From the NCBI RefSeq assembly GCF_009914755.1, contig NC_060934.1: DNA of 64,000 bases, one strand, 5' to 3'. This DNA comes from the human T2T-CHM13v2.0 reference genome, Homo sapiens. Each line of letters opens with the position of its first letter. Position 1 is the stretch's first letter. This document shows positions 1-16,500 of this stretch, one piece after another. Under the pieces are notes generated by a model. The model was not told where the DNA came from. It ran no database searches and worked only from the letters and a program-made list of their open reading frames with translations. The position numbers and the translations under genes are program-made.

Positions 1-792
1 GGCTGCTGGCTGGGGAAGGTGGTGTCTTTTTAACAACTTATAGGCAATTTTTGATTTTTCATGCAAATGGGAAAGAATAACAAAGGCATTTTATCTGGCT
101 CTCAAATGTGCTTTGTACTTACATTTAAATGTGGGTGTGCCTGATGTTCTGGGAACTCCCTTCCAACAAGACAGTGTGGCAACCCATGTCACTTGCTATG
201 TCTCCCTTTTCCTCCTCAGCTGAGCTAGCTCCCAGCCTCTCTCGTTTTTGTTCCATTATCATTGGATTTTTACTGTACAGAACCTGTGACAGTGGAGACT
301 AAGGTGTCCCAGTTGTGCAGTGTCTACCCTGTACTGCCTAAGCATGCTTATTGTACAGCATGCATTGTTTATGGCAACTCCAATTTCCAGTTTTCCAGTC
401 CCCTTCTTCCCATTCAAATGTCCCAGAATTCCAGTTCATCAACATCCTGAACATATTTCCTGATGACACCCACTTTTCAGAGGGGAATTTAAAACCTGGA
501 AAATGTGGTCTTAACCAAAGATTCCCTCCCTGCCTGTGGTAACCACATATCCCAGATGTTCTGGGAAAGTCTTTCCAGTTTCCAGACCATGCACACTGAT
601 TTTTGGTCCAGAAACCACTATAACCAACCAATATAGGTCACATGAAAGACACATGTCAGACGGACACCCTTTCTGCAGTAAGATTCGGTGAGAGTCTGCT
701 ATTGTCCCCTACCTCAAATTCAGATTTTTTTACTTGTAATTTTTTGGTTATTCCTTATACTAGTTAGGTTTGAGAGCTCAGTTGAAGGGAAC

Positions 793-1584
793 TGTGATAT
801 TGTGAGATTTGGTCTTCCTCAGGTTTCCTAGCATAAAACTCCAAAAGTCTTTGGAATCGGATAAATATCTTTTTGTATGCTAATAAGCTGACAAATGTCT
901 GGCAGCCCCTTAGGTATCTTTAGGATGGGGTCTGGTTACTGGAAAGACCACAGCAGGATGGAAGGGTTGGGACTTTCAGCCTCACCCCTAACCTCAGGGA
1001 AGGAGAATGGGGCTGAAAGTAGAGTTGATCACCAATGGCCAATGATTTAATCAAACATGCCTGTGCAATGAAACCTCCGTAAAAACCCAGAAAGGACTGG
1101 GACATGTGGAGGTTCCTGGAGAGGGGGGTGCCCGAGAGGATGTGGGAGCTCTGTACCCCTTCCCAAACACTTTGCCCCATGCACCTCTTCCATCTGGTGT
1201 TCATTGGCATCCTTTGTCATATATCCTTTCTAATAAACCAGTAAAACTAAGCATCTCCCTCAGTTCTGGGAGCCTCTCTAGCAAATTAGTCTAATTCTGA
1301 TTTACAGCCAGTTGGTCAGAAGCATGAGTAAAACAACCTGGGGCTTGTGATTGACATCCAAAGTGGGGGGACAGTCTTGTGGGGCTGAGCCATCAACCTG
1401 TGGGATCTGACGCTTTCCCCAGGTAGTGTCAGAACTGAATTGGCAGACACCCAGCTGGTGTCCACTGCAGAACTGGTTGCTTGCTTGGTGTGTGGAGAAA
1501 ACCTCCCACACATCTAGTGTCAGAAGTGGTTCGTGTTGTGAGAGTATAGGAGACGCTGAATTTGTTTGTGCCTATATTCAGACA
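793..1584 (+). mobile_element. Solo LTR, MER21-like (ERVL group)
   Basis: Begins TGTGATATTGTGA, ends CA, internal AATAAA, 5-bp near-TSD GGAAC/GGAAG. Family recognised by eye. Confidence 0.7.
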
Positions 1585-2392
1585 GGAAGACAATTCATGT
1601 TACTTTTGGATGTGAAATGAGGACAAGGATGAAAATGTGTTTGGCACAAATGTAAACACGATTCACTCTGTAGGCAATTGTTAAGCCTGCCTTTTTCACT
1701 TAACATTAGAGCATATAGATTTTCTCATGTCATTAAAGTGGTTTTGTTTTTGTTTTTTTGTAACAGAGACTTTGGCAAATTCAAGATAATGTTTACCATT
1801 GGCAATCACGGGGAAGGGTGAGGTGGGGGGAGCACGTAACCAAGGGAGATTTATCGTATTGGAATGCTCTCTGTCTTAAGCTTGGTGCTGTGTACTCTTT
1901 TTTGAATGTCCTAAATGTTACATAATAAAGTAGAAATTTGAACACCAATAGTAATGGTTACTTAATATTTTATTATGTTGGTGTATCATAATTTCCTCAG
2001 TTCAAATCCCATCTCGCTATTGTTGGATATTTGTAATTTTCAACTTTGGACTCTTAAATAGTATAGTATTAAGCATCTTTGGGTATCAAATTTTGTCTGC
2101 ATTTGAGCTCATTTTCTCAGTTTTGATTTATATAATTGAATTCCAGGGTCAAAGAATATGGCTATAATAAATGCATTTTGTTAGACTATCTTTTAACAAA
2201 GCTGTATGCGTTGATTATCATTGACATTGTGCCTATTCTACTCTCTCTCCAACACGGAGTGCCATTTTAAAAAATTGCTATTTTGCTAGGCAAATATTTG
2301 TTTTGAATGGTTTTAGTTTATGTTTCTACTTACTAGTGAGATTGAACGTTCTGTCATATAATTTTTCCATTGGAGTTTTTTTTTTTTTTTAA

Positions 2393-3742
<1,350 letters not shown>

Positions 3743-5118
3743 TAACAGAATTTTGCCATCAGTATTCTTGACTAAAATCACAGGTATTAGGACCCATAGG
3801 AATTTCAGAAATGTATCAGGACCAGTCCCTTGCTTGAAGGTGAGTCAGAAATTCTTACACACTTTTTCTAGATGAGAAAGCTGAGGCTGAGTAGGGGAGC
3901 AAAGGACCCCACCTGGGTTGCAGAGAGAAGGGGCTCAGGAGTTTCCTGCCTTCTCGTGGAGGGCTTCTCCCCCGTAGTATGCCTAGAATCTACTGCCCCT
4001 TGAGTACCCATATTGTAGTGAGTTAGAAAAGAAAAAAAGCAGAATTTTGGATCAGGGGAAACAGATTAATTCCCCCTTGGGACCTAGACAAATTATTATA
4101 GAGAGCCTCAGCTTCCCCATCAGCAAAATGGAGGTAGAGTCTCGTGACACCTTCCCGGTGGTTGGGAAATGCTTTGAGTTCCTGCAAACAGAGGTATATG
4201 ATAGTATAATTTCCCCCCAAAAAATGTATTGCAGATGCAGTGAAATATTTTGAAGCAATAACAATTATAACAAATACCATATATTAAACCCTTTCTGTGT
4301 GCCAGCAGTAACTCTTATGAGGTAGATATTATTATGATTTTCATTTTACAGATGAGAAAACTGAGGCCCAGAGAGATGAGATGACTTACTCAGCCCCTTC
4401 TCCCCGCCACCTCCCCAGCTTGAAAGTGGCAGAGTGGAGATTCAAATGTGGCCCTGACCCTTTCAGAGCCTGCACCATTTAAACACTGGGCTGTCCTGCC
4501 TCCCATCTCTCATCCTGTCCAAAAGCATAATAATGTCCTTGCAGAGTGTGAGTCACACTGCAGCATGTCATTCACCTCTGTTTGGGTCACACCATCCAAG
4601 TGCATCCCTGTGACCCAGATAGGACATGCCCTCTGACCTCTAGTCTTGGGAGGGGACTAGCTGACACGGGGAGGTGCTCAAGGATTTTGTCTCTCATGAA
4701 CCTTTTCTAAGGCTTTGTAAGTCACTGTGAGTCTACCTGCCAGATTCTCCCAACTGGATATGAAATAGGTGGGGTCTTCCTGGGGGAAAGGAGAAGGGGT
4801 GGGAGGTGGGAGGTAGGTGGTGGGGGCAAGGGTCCATTGAGAGGGGTAGAGGGAATCCAGTTTGTGAGTCTGGGCTCCTGTTCAAGATGGGCATGAGATG
4901 TATGGATGAGGAGCTGATGGAGCAAAGGCTGGATGGGGAGGCAGGAACAGTGGGAGGAGCCTGGGAGGGAGAGAGGAAGGGTGGAGGGATGTGTCTGCAG
5001 GGGTGGTCCAGCCTCTGGGCGCTCTGTGCTCCCTGCCTGACCAGTGTCTCTGTGCTCATCCTTTGCCTTCCCATGGACTCAGTTCTACTTTGGTCACTTT
5101 TCTTTCCTTCTGACCTAG

Positions 5119-5180
5119 GACTGGGAGCTGCATGTGAAAGGGAAGCTGCACGCTCAGAAATGCCTGGTCTTCTCTGAAAA
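5119..5180 (+). CDS. RBM20: RBM20 exon 3 (62 nt): completes ZnF1
   Basis: cctAG|GAC ... AA|GTAAGT. Encodes DWELHVKGKLHAQKCLVFSE, supplying the His ligands for the CxxC in exon 2. Confidence 0.95.
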
Positions 5181-5464
5181 GTAAGTGCTGTTCAGGAGGA
5201 CAGGCTCATGCATAGGCTCAACACATATTCACTGAGCATTTACTGTGTGTCACACGCTGTTTTGAGTCCTGGGGCAATAGCAGAGACCAGAACAGGCAAA
5301 GTTCCTGCCCTCAAGGAGCTTGTGCTTCACAGGGGCCAGGGAGATGATAAACAAAATGAACAAGAAAATTACAGCATCCCTGGTGGTAAATGCTAGGCAG
5401 AAAACACCAGGCAGAGGCCGGAAGTGCGTGTGTGCGTGGGCGTGTGCCTCCCTTTTCTGGCTTT

Positions 5465-6442
<978 letters not shown>

Positions 6443-6522
6443 TGAAGGGGAAAGGTTCAGTTTTCTATGCCTGCTTATGTCCTAATAATGACTTTTGATG
6501 TTACATTCTGGGTTTTCACTGA

Positions 6523-6687
<165 letters not shown>

Positions 6688-6690
6688 TAG

Positions 6691-6873
6691 TTTATTTATT
6701 TGTTTGTTTATTTGAGACAGCCAGGCTGGAATGCAATGGTGCAATCATATCTCACTGCAGCCTTGAACTAACTCCTGGTCCCAAGTGATCTTCCTGCCTC
6801 GGTCAACCAAAGTGCTGGAATTACAGGTGGCCAAAGTGCTAGGATTACAGGTGTGAGCCACCATGCCCTGCCT
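6691..6873 (-). mobile_element. Truncated AluJ/FLAM-like element with an internal ~24-bp duplication
   Basis: Alu consensus; CCAAAGTGCTGGAATTACAGGTGG is followed by CCAAAGTGCTAGGATTACAGGTG. Confidence 0.8.
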
Positions 6874-7169
6874 CAAATACCTCTCTGTGTGCCAGTCACC
6901 CTGAAATGCTTGTTGCTTTCCCCAGCACTGTGTTCTTCATGCTCAGTATGCACCTGACATGCCACAGGCTGGGAGGATGTTAACACTTTTTTTAGTGGAG
7001 AGTTGGCTGGCTTTTGAGGTCTAGACCCATTTATACCTGGTACCCTTCAATTTTCCACTCTGGGAATTACACTTCTCTAGTTTCCAAGATGACATGACCA
7101 GAAGTGAGGTGAGCATGTGACTCAGGCAGCCAAGGAGATCATCACACTTTCTGGCCATAGATTGGTTCA

Positions 7170-7343
<174 letters not shown>

Positions 7344-9639
7344 TCATTGTTGTTGTCAAGCGTTTGTAGTATCACCTGCTATATCTGGGCCTAGAGGTGC
7401 TGATCTGGCTTTGTGTCATTCAGAAAAACAACCCCAGACAGAAGTGAAGAGCTGTTTAATCCAGTTCATCTAGTATTGAAACACATGACTTAAGAAGCAG
7501 ACATAAATCCTTAAAATTCAAGGCATTCCTGGACTTTCTAGCATTCAGCGCTGGCTTAGAAAAAAAAAAGTTGGAGCTTTTTATGTTTTTTTAAGACTAT
7601 TTAATGTTTTATGGAAGTAGATTATTTCCTATGAGAGGGTAATTTTGAAGCTTGAACCAGAAAGTGTGTGAAAGTAAGGACTACGCACCAGTAGCATTTG
7701 TTGGCCCCTTGAGGAACTGGTTTGTGCTGTATGATGTTTTTGTTTGTTTTTAGTTTTGCTGTCTCTGCAACATACATTTTCGTCCTCCAAAGCTCCTAAG
7801 CTTCATCTCTCCTTTTTCACCAACGGTGACAGCTCCTCTTCTCTCTGGGGTTTCAGTTGTTTTGTGCCACCACCCTACACCCCCATCTGACCTCTTCTTC
7901 TCCCCTGGGCAGGAGAAAGGGGAGTGGGAGGAAAACTGACTGTAAAACAAATGCATTTGTCTGAACCCTGCTGGAGGGCACCTGTTTGTGTGCCTTAGCC
8001 TGTGCCTGTGCTTTTGTGGTGTGAGTTGCTGCAGCCTCTTTCTCTCTTCTCCTGCGAGTGAACACAAGCTCACAAGAGCATGTCTCCACGTGCTGTCCCC
8101 TCTACGTGTTGGCATTGCAAAGCATCAGGCCAGTAAGCTGTGAAGTGCAGCTCTCAGGCTCTGAGGAGTGAGTAAGCGGAAAAGCGAGGTGGTTCATGAT
8201 GAGACGTGAGGCCTGCCTGAGCCCAGGCTTCTGTTTATTTGTGTGTGTTGATCTGTGATGTTGAATAGGAGAAGCGCTTCGAGAGAGCCCCTGTCTGGAA
8301 GCCCACATTTTGGTGAAAGAGAATTTTGTGGTTTCCCTCTCTGCACTCTGCTCGCTCAGAGCCATGCCCAGGTCAATGGCAGCTTCGGGTCAGTCCCAGG
8401 AGACTGCAATGGCTAGATTCAGTGAGGCCTGTCCTCTGAGGTCAGATTCCTGGTAACATGACCTTGTGTCCTGATGGGGGTGTGGGCCATGGAGGCACCT
8501 CTGTGCTCACAACCCTGCCCTGAGACCCCACTCCAGGCACTGAAGGGGAGGAACTGTGACCACGATGGGGGAGGCTGGATTGAGTGTCAGGTGGGCAGGG
8601 GGCAGGGCTTGTAAATTGACTCCAACCTGGGGTCTGGGTACGGGGAAGAGATGGCATTAACTGAGCCCCTCCATAAAGGGGGGTGGATGGGGAGAGGAGA
8701 GACACAGGCAGGACATTCTGCAGTCTGTCCCAGGCCTCTTCCCCACCCTCCAGCGCTGCCCATTGAGCCAGAGACCCTTTCCTATGGACTTGGCTCTAGG
8801 GACCTAAGTTCAAGTCCTACTTTGGGAGCCACTTGCTGTGTGTCTCCAGGCAAGTCACTTTACTTCTCTGAGGCTCTGTTTCCTTAAGTGGGAACAATAA
8901 TGCCTTTGGAAGATAAAGTAAACAACTGGATTTCCATCCAGCTTGTGTAATTTATTGTTTTGATTATTCCTCGAATCTCAGAACATCCCATGCAGCTCTG
9001 CAGCCCAGGCTTCTGGTTCAGTGGCCAGCGCCAGACAGTGGGAGCAAGGCTTGGGATAGATCCAGTATTGTCCTGCCCTTGTGAGGATCAGATGAGATAA
9101 TATCAGGGACAATGATTTGGGAACCGTCAAGTACATATGAAGTAACCATGGCTGTTCTTGAGTAACGAGCGCTTTTAACCCATTTTGGCTGTGAAGAGTC
9201 AGGGGGAAACCCATGCTGTCTAAGGCTGGCTCTGTCTGCTGGCCATAGGATTTTGTCCGAGTCTTGGTATCAGTGTTCCCCTTACACAAATCTGTCTAGT
9301 AATACCCAGGGTCACACTTGCTCCACCTTAGAGATGTTTTGAGGTTCCCATGGATGTACTTTTAAATTACGTACCAGTGGGCAAGCACAAGCTATCTGAT
9401 GATTTGTGTGTTGATTCTAATTAATTCCTCGAAGCTCTGAGTGCCACTTCCTCCGAACACCTAGAGATGGGGAGTTTATCTGGCTTGAGCCTGGTGAGAA
9501 GCAACGCAGGAAACATTTTGCTAGGAGCTAGGAGGGGACAGAGACCTAGGGGACAGCTCTCTGCGAGGAGCTAGGAGGGGACAGAGAGCTAACATTTTGG
9601 GAGCTAGGAGGGGACAGAGAGCCCCAGTCATTGTAGGAT

Positions 9640-9900
9640 GATAATAAAAACAACAGCCAACATTTATATAGTACTCAATATGTTCTTAGCATTTTTGTTT
9701 TGTATTAGCTCATTTAGTCCTCTAGACAACCCCATGAGGTGGATACTATTATTATCCTTATTGTACAGTTGGGAAACTGAGGCCTAGAGAAGCTTAGTAC
9801 CTTATATGAGGCCACATAGCTGGTAAATGGAGGTGGTGGGATTTGAACCTAGGCAGCCTAGCTCTGGAAGCCTCATTTGTAACCACTAAGCCCTGCAGCC
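9640..9900 (-). mobile_element. MIR SINE
   Basis: Core motifs gggaaactgaggcctagaga and gggatttgaacctaggcag. Confidence 0.7.
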
Positions 9901-11189
9901 TCTCTGCGAGGATCTGAGGGGTCTCTTCCTTGCTGTGATCCTCCTCTTTAGTAAGCCCCTCTCACCTCCCCCTCTCCCTACCCCACAAGCCGCTTGGGAG
10001 GTTCTGAGGCTGCGTTGCAGGTGACAGGGACTTCTCTGGCCTTGGCCACCCATGGAGCAAGATGAAGAGGCCAGCCACACCTGGTATCCACATTCTTCTG
10101 CACCCTGACAGCATCTGCCAAGATGAACTCAGATGTTTGGAGGCCTTTTCTACAGACCCAGTGGAAGGGGAGAGTCAGCATTTGTCTGGTTTTATCATTA
10201 TAACCTCTGTGACATCTTGCTGGTCACATGAGCCTCCTCAAGCCTATCTGAGGGACAAGGACAAAGCCTGCCCCAGCCAACCCCTACATTGTCAGTGGCT
10301 TGATGTTCATTCACATCCTTCTGTCAGACGCTGGTCCCCCGGTTTGCCATTGCCAGCATATGGAATTGAATGCAGGTGTATCTGTCTTGAGGAAAACCTG
10401 AAATGCGAGAACATTGACATTTGAAGACAAGCTGAGAAATGGAGAAATGATTAATCCACTCTTGAAAAATACTTTGCAAGTCTCCTTTAAGTAGCAGAAG
10501 AGTCCCTCAGAGAAACTATTGACTTTCTTTCTGCCTACAAACACTGACCTCCAAAGATATCACCCCAAAGATAAGGGGTGATTACTCTGTTGCCAAAGGA
10601 TATTTTTCCAGTTTCCAATGAATGCCCAGTGAGTTGTTTTTGCATATACATTTCTAATGTTTTTCTGCTTACAAAACTTATGCTTATTGTGAAAATGCAA
10701 ACAGAAAAGAAATACTGAGGGGAATGAAATTCCCCGGTTGTCTCCCTTTCAGCCCTCACAGAGATCCCATTTTCCTCCACAAGTGAGGTCTGGTCCTGCG
10801 CCAGCACTTTGTATGTCTGATTCCATTTACATGCATCTTTTCAGAAACACTTTTTTTTGAGTAAAACCAGGAACAGCCAGGATCCTGCCACTGTCTGATC
10901 ATATCACTAATGTCTGTGGAGCGAAGAGCAGTTACTGCCTCTAAAGCTCCCTGTTTTTAAGCAAGAGAAGACCAAAGTGACACGGAGCTCTGGAAATGAG
11001 CCTTCAGATTATATCCGAACTGCCACAAAATCTAAAAGGACCGCAAAGACCATCTGCCACTGCCACCAAGCCCTTCTGGGGACAGACTTGGCTGCATTTA
11101 AACTTCTCCCACCTGTGTTGGAGTCTGAGTGTTTCGTTGCCTTGTTTGTTTATTTATTTTTGTTTAGGTTTTTTTTTTTCTCATTTTCT

Positions 11190-11416
11190 TTTCTTTTCCT
11201 TTTTATTGTTATTTATTTATTTATTTATCGAGACAGGGTCTCGCTGTGTCACCCAGGCTGGAGTGCAGTGGCATGATCATGGCTTACTGTAATCTCCACC
11301 TCCTGGGCTCAAGCGATCCTCCTACCTTAGCCTCCAAGTAACTGGGACTACAGGCATGTGCCACCAGACTCAGCTAATTTTTGGAGAGACAGGGTGTCGC
11401 CATGTTGCCCAGGCTC
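11190..11416 (-). mobile_element. AluJ-like
   Basis: T-rich tail then agacagggtctcgctgtgtcacccaggctggagtgcagtgg. Confidence 0.85.
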
Positions 11417-13886
11417 GCGTGTTTATATTTGACAGAGACGGGACACTGCACTGACAGTTGTATGCTGTGTTTGCTGTTGGTAGGGTGATTTGTGTCTGTC
11501 CTCAGCCCCTCCCATCCCACTCTAGGGTCCCCAGAGATAGGTGTTCACTTTCACTTAAGCTCCTGCCATTTGAGGCCAGGCACTTTCTCCTTGGCTGACT
11601 GAGTCGTCATAAACAGAGTAATCAGGTTTCTGGAAGGGGCCTTGGGGCTTTCTCAGCCTGTTAGTAGTTTTTGTGTACCTGCCCGAGGTGCACTTTCTCT
11701 GTGTCTGTCCCTGTAAAGCCACCTTGCAGTTTTCACAACCATCTTGGAGTTTATTTAGTGCCAGTGTCACAGATGGGCCACCCTGACCTGGGATGATACA
11801 CATCGTTTTTATTATTTATTTCTCGCCAAGACCCTGCACATTGGGGAACTTGTATAAATAAGGAAATGGAGGCTCAGGAAAATAGAAATGTCTGTGGAAG
11901 GCCAGAGGTGTAAGTCACAGGCTGCAACTCTGATTACTGGCTGTTTCTGGAACACCAACTGTCTGCCCTGGCCCTCTGAATGCATGGCTTAGAGCGCTCT
12001 GGTCTCCTGACTTCTTTGAGCATGAGGACTAGTAATTGATGTGGCATATACTACCAGCCGCCTCCCCACCATTCCAGCTCTGTCATTGCTCCTGTCCCTC
12101 CAGCAAGGGCCACCTTGTGCTTTTTCAAAGAGAGCAAAGAGGAGGAGACAGGAGACCTGGGTAGGTTTTGTTTTGGAATTTGTTCTTTTTACAAATCTTA
12201 CTTTTTCTTGTTGGAAAAGCAGTGTGAACATTGTGTAAACAATCTTAGCAGTAACAGAAATATAAAAGAAAAGTCAACTTTGCAGAGAAAACAGAAGTTA
12301 AATGCTTTTGTTATAAGTATATATCTCTCTAGCTAGTGTATGTGTACATGTTTCATTAGTAAAAGTAATTTTTTGGGCACAAACCAGATAACGTCATACA
12401 ATCTGTTACACAATTTGTTTTTTTCACTTAACATAAGCTTTCAATATATATTTAAATCGATTTCTAGACATCTTTCCACATCAGAACGTAAATAGTTCCT
12501 ATCTTATTGTGTAACTTCATTTTTGTATTTACCTTAATTTATCAAGTCTGCGATTGATAGGTTTTTTTTCAGTGACACCTGAGTTTTAATCACAAATCTG
12601 CCACTGTTTAATTGGCCACAGATTAAGATCCTTAACTTCTCTGAGGCTTCAGTGTCCTCATATACAGCGTGGACCAGATGACCTCCCAATTTTAACGTTT
12701 TGTGACTCTACAGTTTCCAGGGATGTTGAAGCTGCTAAACAGGTGAATCGTCCAAGATCCGTAGGCAATCCTATGGATTTACCAGTAAAAGTAAATTCAC
12801 TCTGAGTCAGAGCTAATATGCTCTATAAAATATTTGAAAGCATCAATAAAGGCAACTGTGTCTACCCTCCAAGTTAAGCCAAGATCCATAGCTACGGAAT
12901 TTGCAACCATTTGCTATCTGCATGATAGGTTCAAAATCAACATCTTGCTCTCTGCATAACAGGTTATAAATCAACATCATGAGAGATAAATATTTGCCAT
13001 ATCTGCTCTTAGGCATGTTTAGAACAAAACCAGCAGAGGCCCACAGACTCTGTGCCAGATAACATTAGATCACATCTGAGACAGATCAGGCTGGAGCACA
13101 GAAATCGTTTACTGAAGATGGAATCTACACTTTGCAGCTCTAGGAGGCAGTTTGAGAGACCTCTCTCACCCTGCAGGCCTGTTGCCCTAAGCCATATTTT
13201 TACGGCAACTCTAAGTTATTTGAACTTGAGCCTCTTATTTGAACTCGGGCCTCTTATTTGAACTCATCTGTGAAGGCTATTTCTACCTGCACCAAGGGGC
13301 AATGAAAGGTCTTAGAATCTTCATATACAAGTCTGTTTGCTTCTTTTGCATTTCTCCCCAGCTACAAAAGAGTTGAGGGTCAGTTGAGAGGTCTGGGACC
13401 CAGCCATATGAACGATCAGGAGCACCATCTGGTTTTAAAGGTGCAGCCCCCGCATGTGAAAATGCACAGCCCAGGCCCCCGATCCCATGTGGGGGCACTC
13501 AAGGTCAGTGCTGGCTTGCAGGCAGGCTAAAGCCTCCCTGAGGCTGAAAAAGGATGATTGTCCCTTTAGCTTGGTAATTCAGGCTTTAGTCACACCCCTG
13601 CAACTTAGCTCTCTTAGAGATGTGACCTCTGCTGGAAAGTTTTCAGTGCACCTGTCTTAGTGTGGCTCCTTGGCACTCAGCAGACAGAGCCCATCAACAC
13701 CTTGACCTGCCCTTCTCCCCTACAGTATGTCTTTTAAAATTTATTTTTGGTAACTTTTAATATATTTCAAACTTACAGAAAAGTTACCAAAAAGGTATAA
13801 GGAACTCCCATATAACTTTTGTCCAGATTAATTTCACTACTCCTTTATATTTTGCCCCATTTGCTTTGTCATTTTCTCTATCTTCC

Positions 13887-13894
13887 TCTATCTG

Positions 13895-13931
<37 letters not shown>

Positions 13932-13933
13932 GT
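13887..13933. repeat. (TCTA)n tetranucleotide microsatellite, 9 perfect units at 13895-13930
   Basis: Read directly. Confidence 0.95.
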
Positions 13934-15193
13934 ATCCATCATTTGATCAGCTGTGCATTTTCCCCTAAATCATTATTTTTAGAGTAGGTTGGTGACATTG
14001 TACCTCTTCACTTCTTTTTCAGCATGAATTTCCTAAGAATACAGACTTTCTCTTACATAATCACAACAATATTTTTTCCCAATGCAGAATCATTGTAACA
14101 CATCCTTTAACTGTTGGGTGGAGGAAGGAGATAAACATTATTTACAGGAGCCTGCATAATGCCAGGCATTGCCCCAAAGCACCGTACATTCACGGTGGCA
14201 TTTCATCTTCTCAGCAGTCCTGTGGAATCAATTTTTATTACCCCTGTTTTACAGACAAGCCAACTTGGGCTTGGAGAAATTCAGTAACTGGCCCACAGTT
14301 AGTCACAGAGGGAGCAGACACAGACTCAGGTCTGTCTGATTCTCCCACTGCCCTGACCCTGGTGCCTGGTGACTATAAAACACACACTTGACATGAGTCT
14401 GTTCTCAGAGAGGCCCCAGGCCCAGGTGTCTGTAGTTCATTTGTGTATCCTCTCAACTCTTTCTAGCCACCGTGGCAGCAGAATTATTCATGGAGCTGCA
14501 GGATTCATAAACAAGGTGCTCACTGCTTGGAGCTTATCTTTAGTCCTATAAAGATGAGACTACCACCAACACAGACAAACATGTCTGAAAGATGAACATG
14601 CTTGGGAATGGATGCATGGTTAAACAGCCAATTACACAGAGAGAGAGGACAAACATTACATTCATTGGAACAGGGAGTGGGAAAGACATGGGTTTCCTGT
14701 TTATACTGAGCACAGTTGGAGAAAGCTATCATTATCCTGGTTCTTGGGGTTTAGCTTGTCAAGGCATCTGGGAGGAGTGGAATTTTAGAACTTAGAGCCA
14801 CATAAGCATATATATTTTTTACATCCGGAAAGGACTTTAGACCTATAGGTCATCTCCCTCGTTCCAGACGTGGGGAAACTAAGGCTCAGAAAAGGAAACT
14901 AGTTTGTCTCTGTCATGCACCTAATCAGCGGCTGAGCTGGGGATTGAACCCAGGCCCTCTGTCTTCTAGGAGGATGCTCTTTCCACTGGAAAGTCCCAAG
15001 CTTTTTATAGCTCAAGTCGCCTTTCATTATTTACTTCCACCCCAAGCAGCCACTGTCCCGCATCTTCATATTTGGAAAGATTTTATCTGCCAAAGTACTT
15101 GTATTAATGAGTAACTAACTGGTGACCCATTTTTATTAATCAAAGACAGAGACACACCAATTAGACTTTCTGATTAGCCTAAGAGCTAACCAG

Positions 15194-15569
15194 TGTTAAA
15201 AGACAAATTGTAAATGAATTAAATTTAACAGAGTTTAATTTAATTGGGCAGCCCTCAGAACCGGAAGAGGTTCAGAGAGCTCCGCTGCACCACGTGGGCA
15301 GGCAGCATTTATGGGCAGAAAACTGAAGCGAGATACAGAAACAGCTTGATAGGTTACAGCTCCGTATTTGCCTAATTTGAACATGGTCTGATCGTTGGCT
15401 GCCTGTGATTAACTGAAGCTTGGCTGCTGTGATTGGCTGAGACTCAGCTATTTGTTAGAAAAGTACACTACTTCAGGCTTTCACCTAGGTGATGTGCTAA
15501 GTTAAAATGCAGTTCCTTACATAAGAACTCAAAGTATGGAGGCATCCTCAGGCCAAATTGAATTTAACA
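15194..15569 (-). mobile_element. ERV1 solo LTR (MER57/MER93-like)
   Basis: TGTTAAA...TTTAACA termini, 4-bp near-TSD CCAG/CCAC. Subfamily uncertain. Confidence 0.65.
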
Positions 15570-15929
15570 CCACATTACCATATTGATAAAGAAATTCAAA
15601 GTACGATCTCAACTCGCATTTTTCAATGTAAAGAATAATGTTTAGCCCCCTGCTTCCTGTGGTATTATTACCTTTGAAGACCTTTAAGGGCTTATAAGAG
15701 AGCCCGGGTTGGGAATTACTGCGTAGCATGGTGACGCTTGCTCAAGAGCACTCAGGATTGCCGGTGCCCCTGATGTACAAACTGTACTTTTGATGTACCA
15801 CTCAGGGACCTCACTCCGCCTGTTTCCCTTCTCACTTTCCTCCTTCGCTCCCTCCCTTTTTCCCTCATGATTCAGATCTCCCACAGGGCATAGGGCAAAT
15901 AATAGCCATGTTTATGTAAAGTGTAATGA

Positions 15930-16500
15930 GAATAGAATAGAGTGAAAACAGCTACTATTCTACATCTTGTATGAATCATATATGGTTTTGAACCTAAATG
16001 GAGTTCAACAACAACCCAAAGATATTTCAGATCAATGGCAGAAAAGAATTTGATGAACCATCCTAAATAAAATATTGGCAAAAGAATAGAACACATAAAA
16101 ATTAATTTATCTTTCTAACTGGATAGGATTTACCACATGCCCTGAAGCCAGACACCACACAAAAGCAAACTATTAACCTAGAGATTCTCAAGATTTTCAT
16201 TTCATGGCTCACTTAGAAAATAATCTGCTGAAGTAAATGGTTTAACTGAAGAAGCTACTCATGATCACTGGAGGAACTTGGCCTTCAGCCTGAGGGATCA
16301 ATATCTTGGCACTCCTATAACCATTTGCAGTTGATGTAGCTCATAATTGGAAAGCTCCAAATTACTATTATCTGGAAGAATACTAAAAATCTCATTAGTG
16401 TCTTAATAAATGACAACAAGGGAATTGGTAAAATCCAGCATCTGTTTCTGATTAAAATCTTGGAAGAGAAAGAACTCAGAAGATGTCTTTTTAAAATTTG
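15930..16500 (+). mobile_element. Highly decayed L1 ORF2 (reverse transcriptase) fragment
   Basis: Pieces translate to ILNKILAKE and GKIQHLFLIKIL, resembling L1 ILNKILANRIQ and DKIQHPFMIKTL. Confidence 0.6.

Noticed and set aside
7750-8400. Possible intronic muscle enhancer (E-boxes)
   Set aside because: Short motifs at chance frequency and no clean MEF2 consensus noticed; needs chromatin data.
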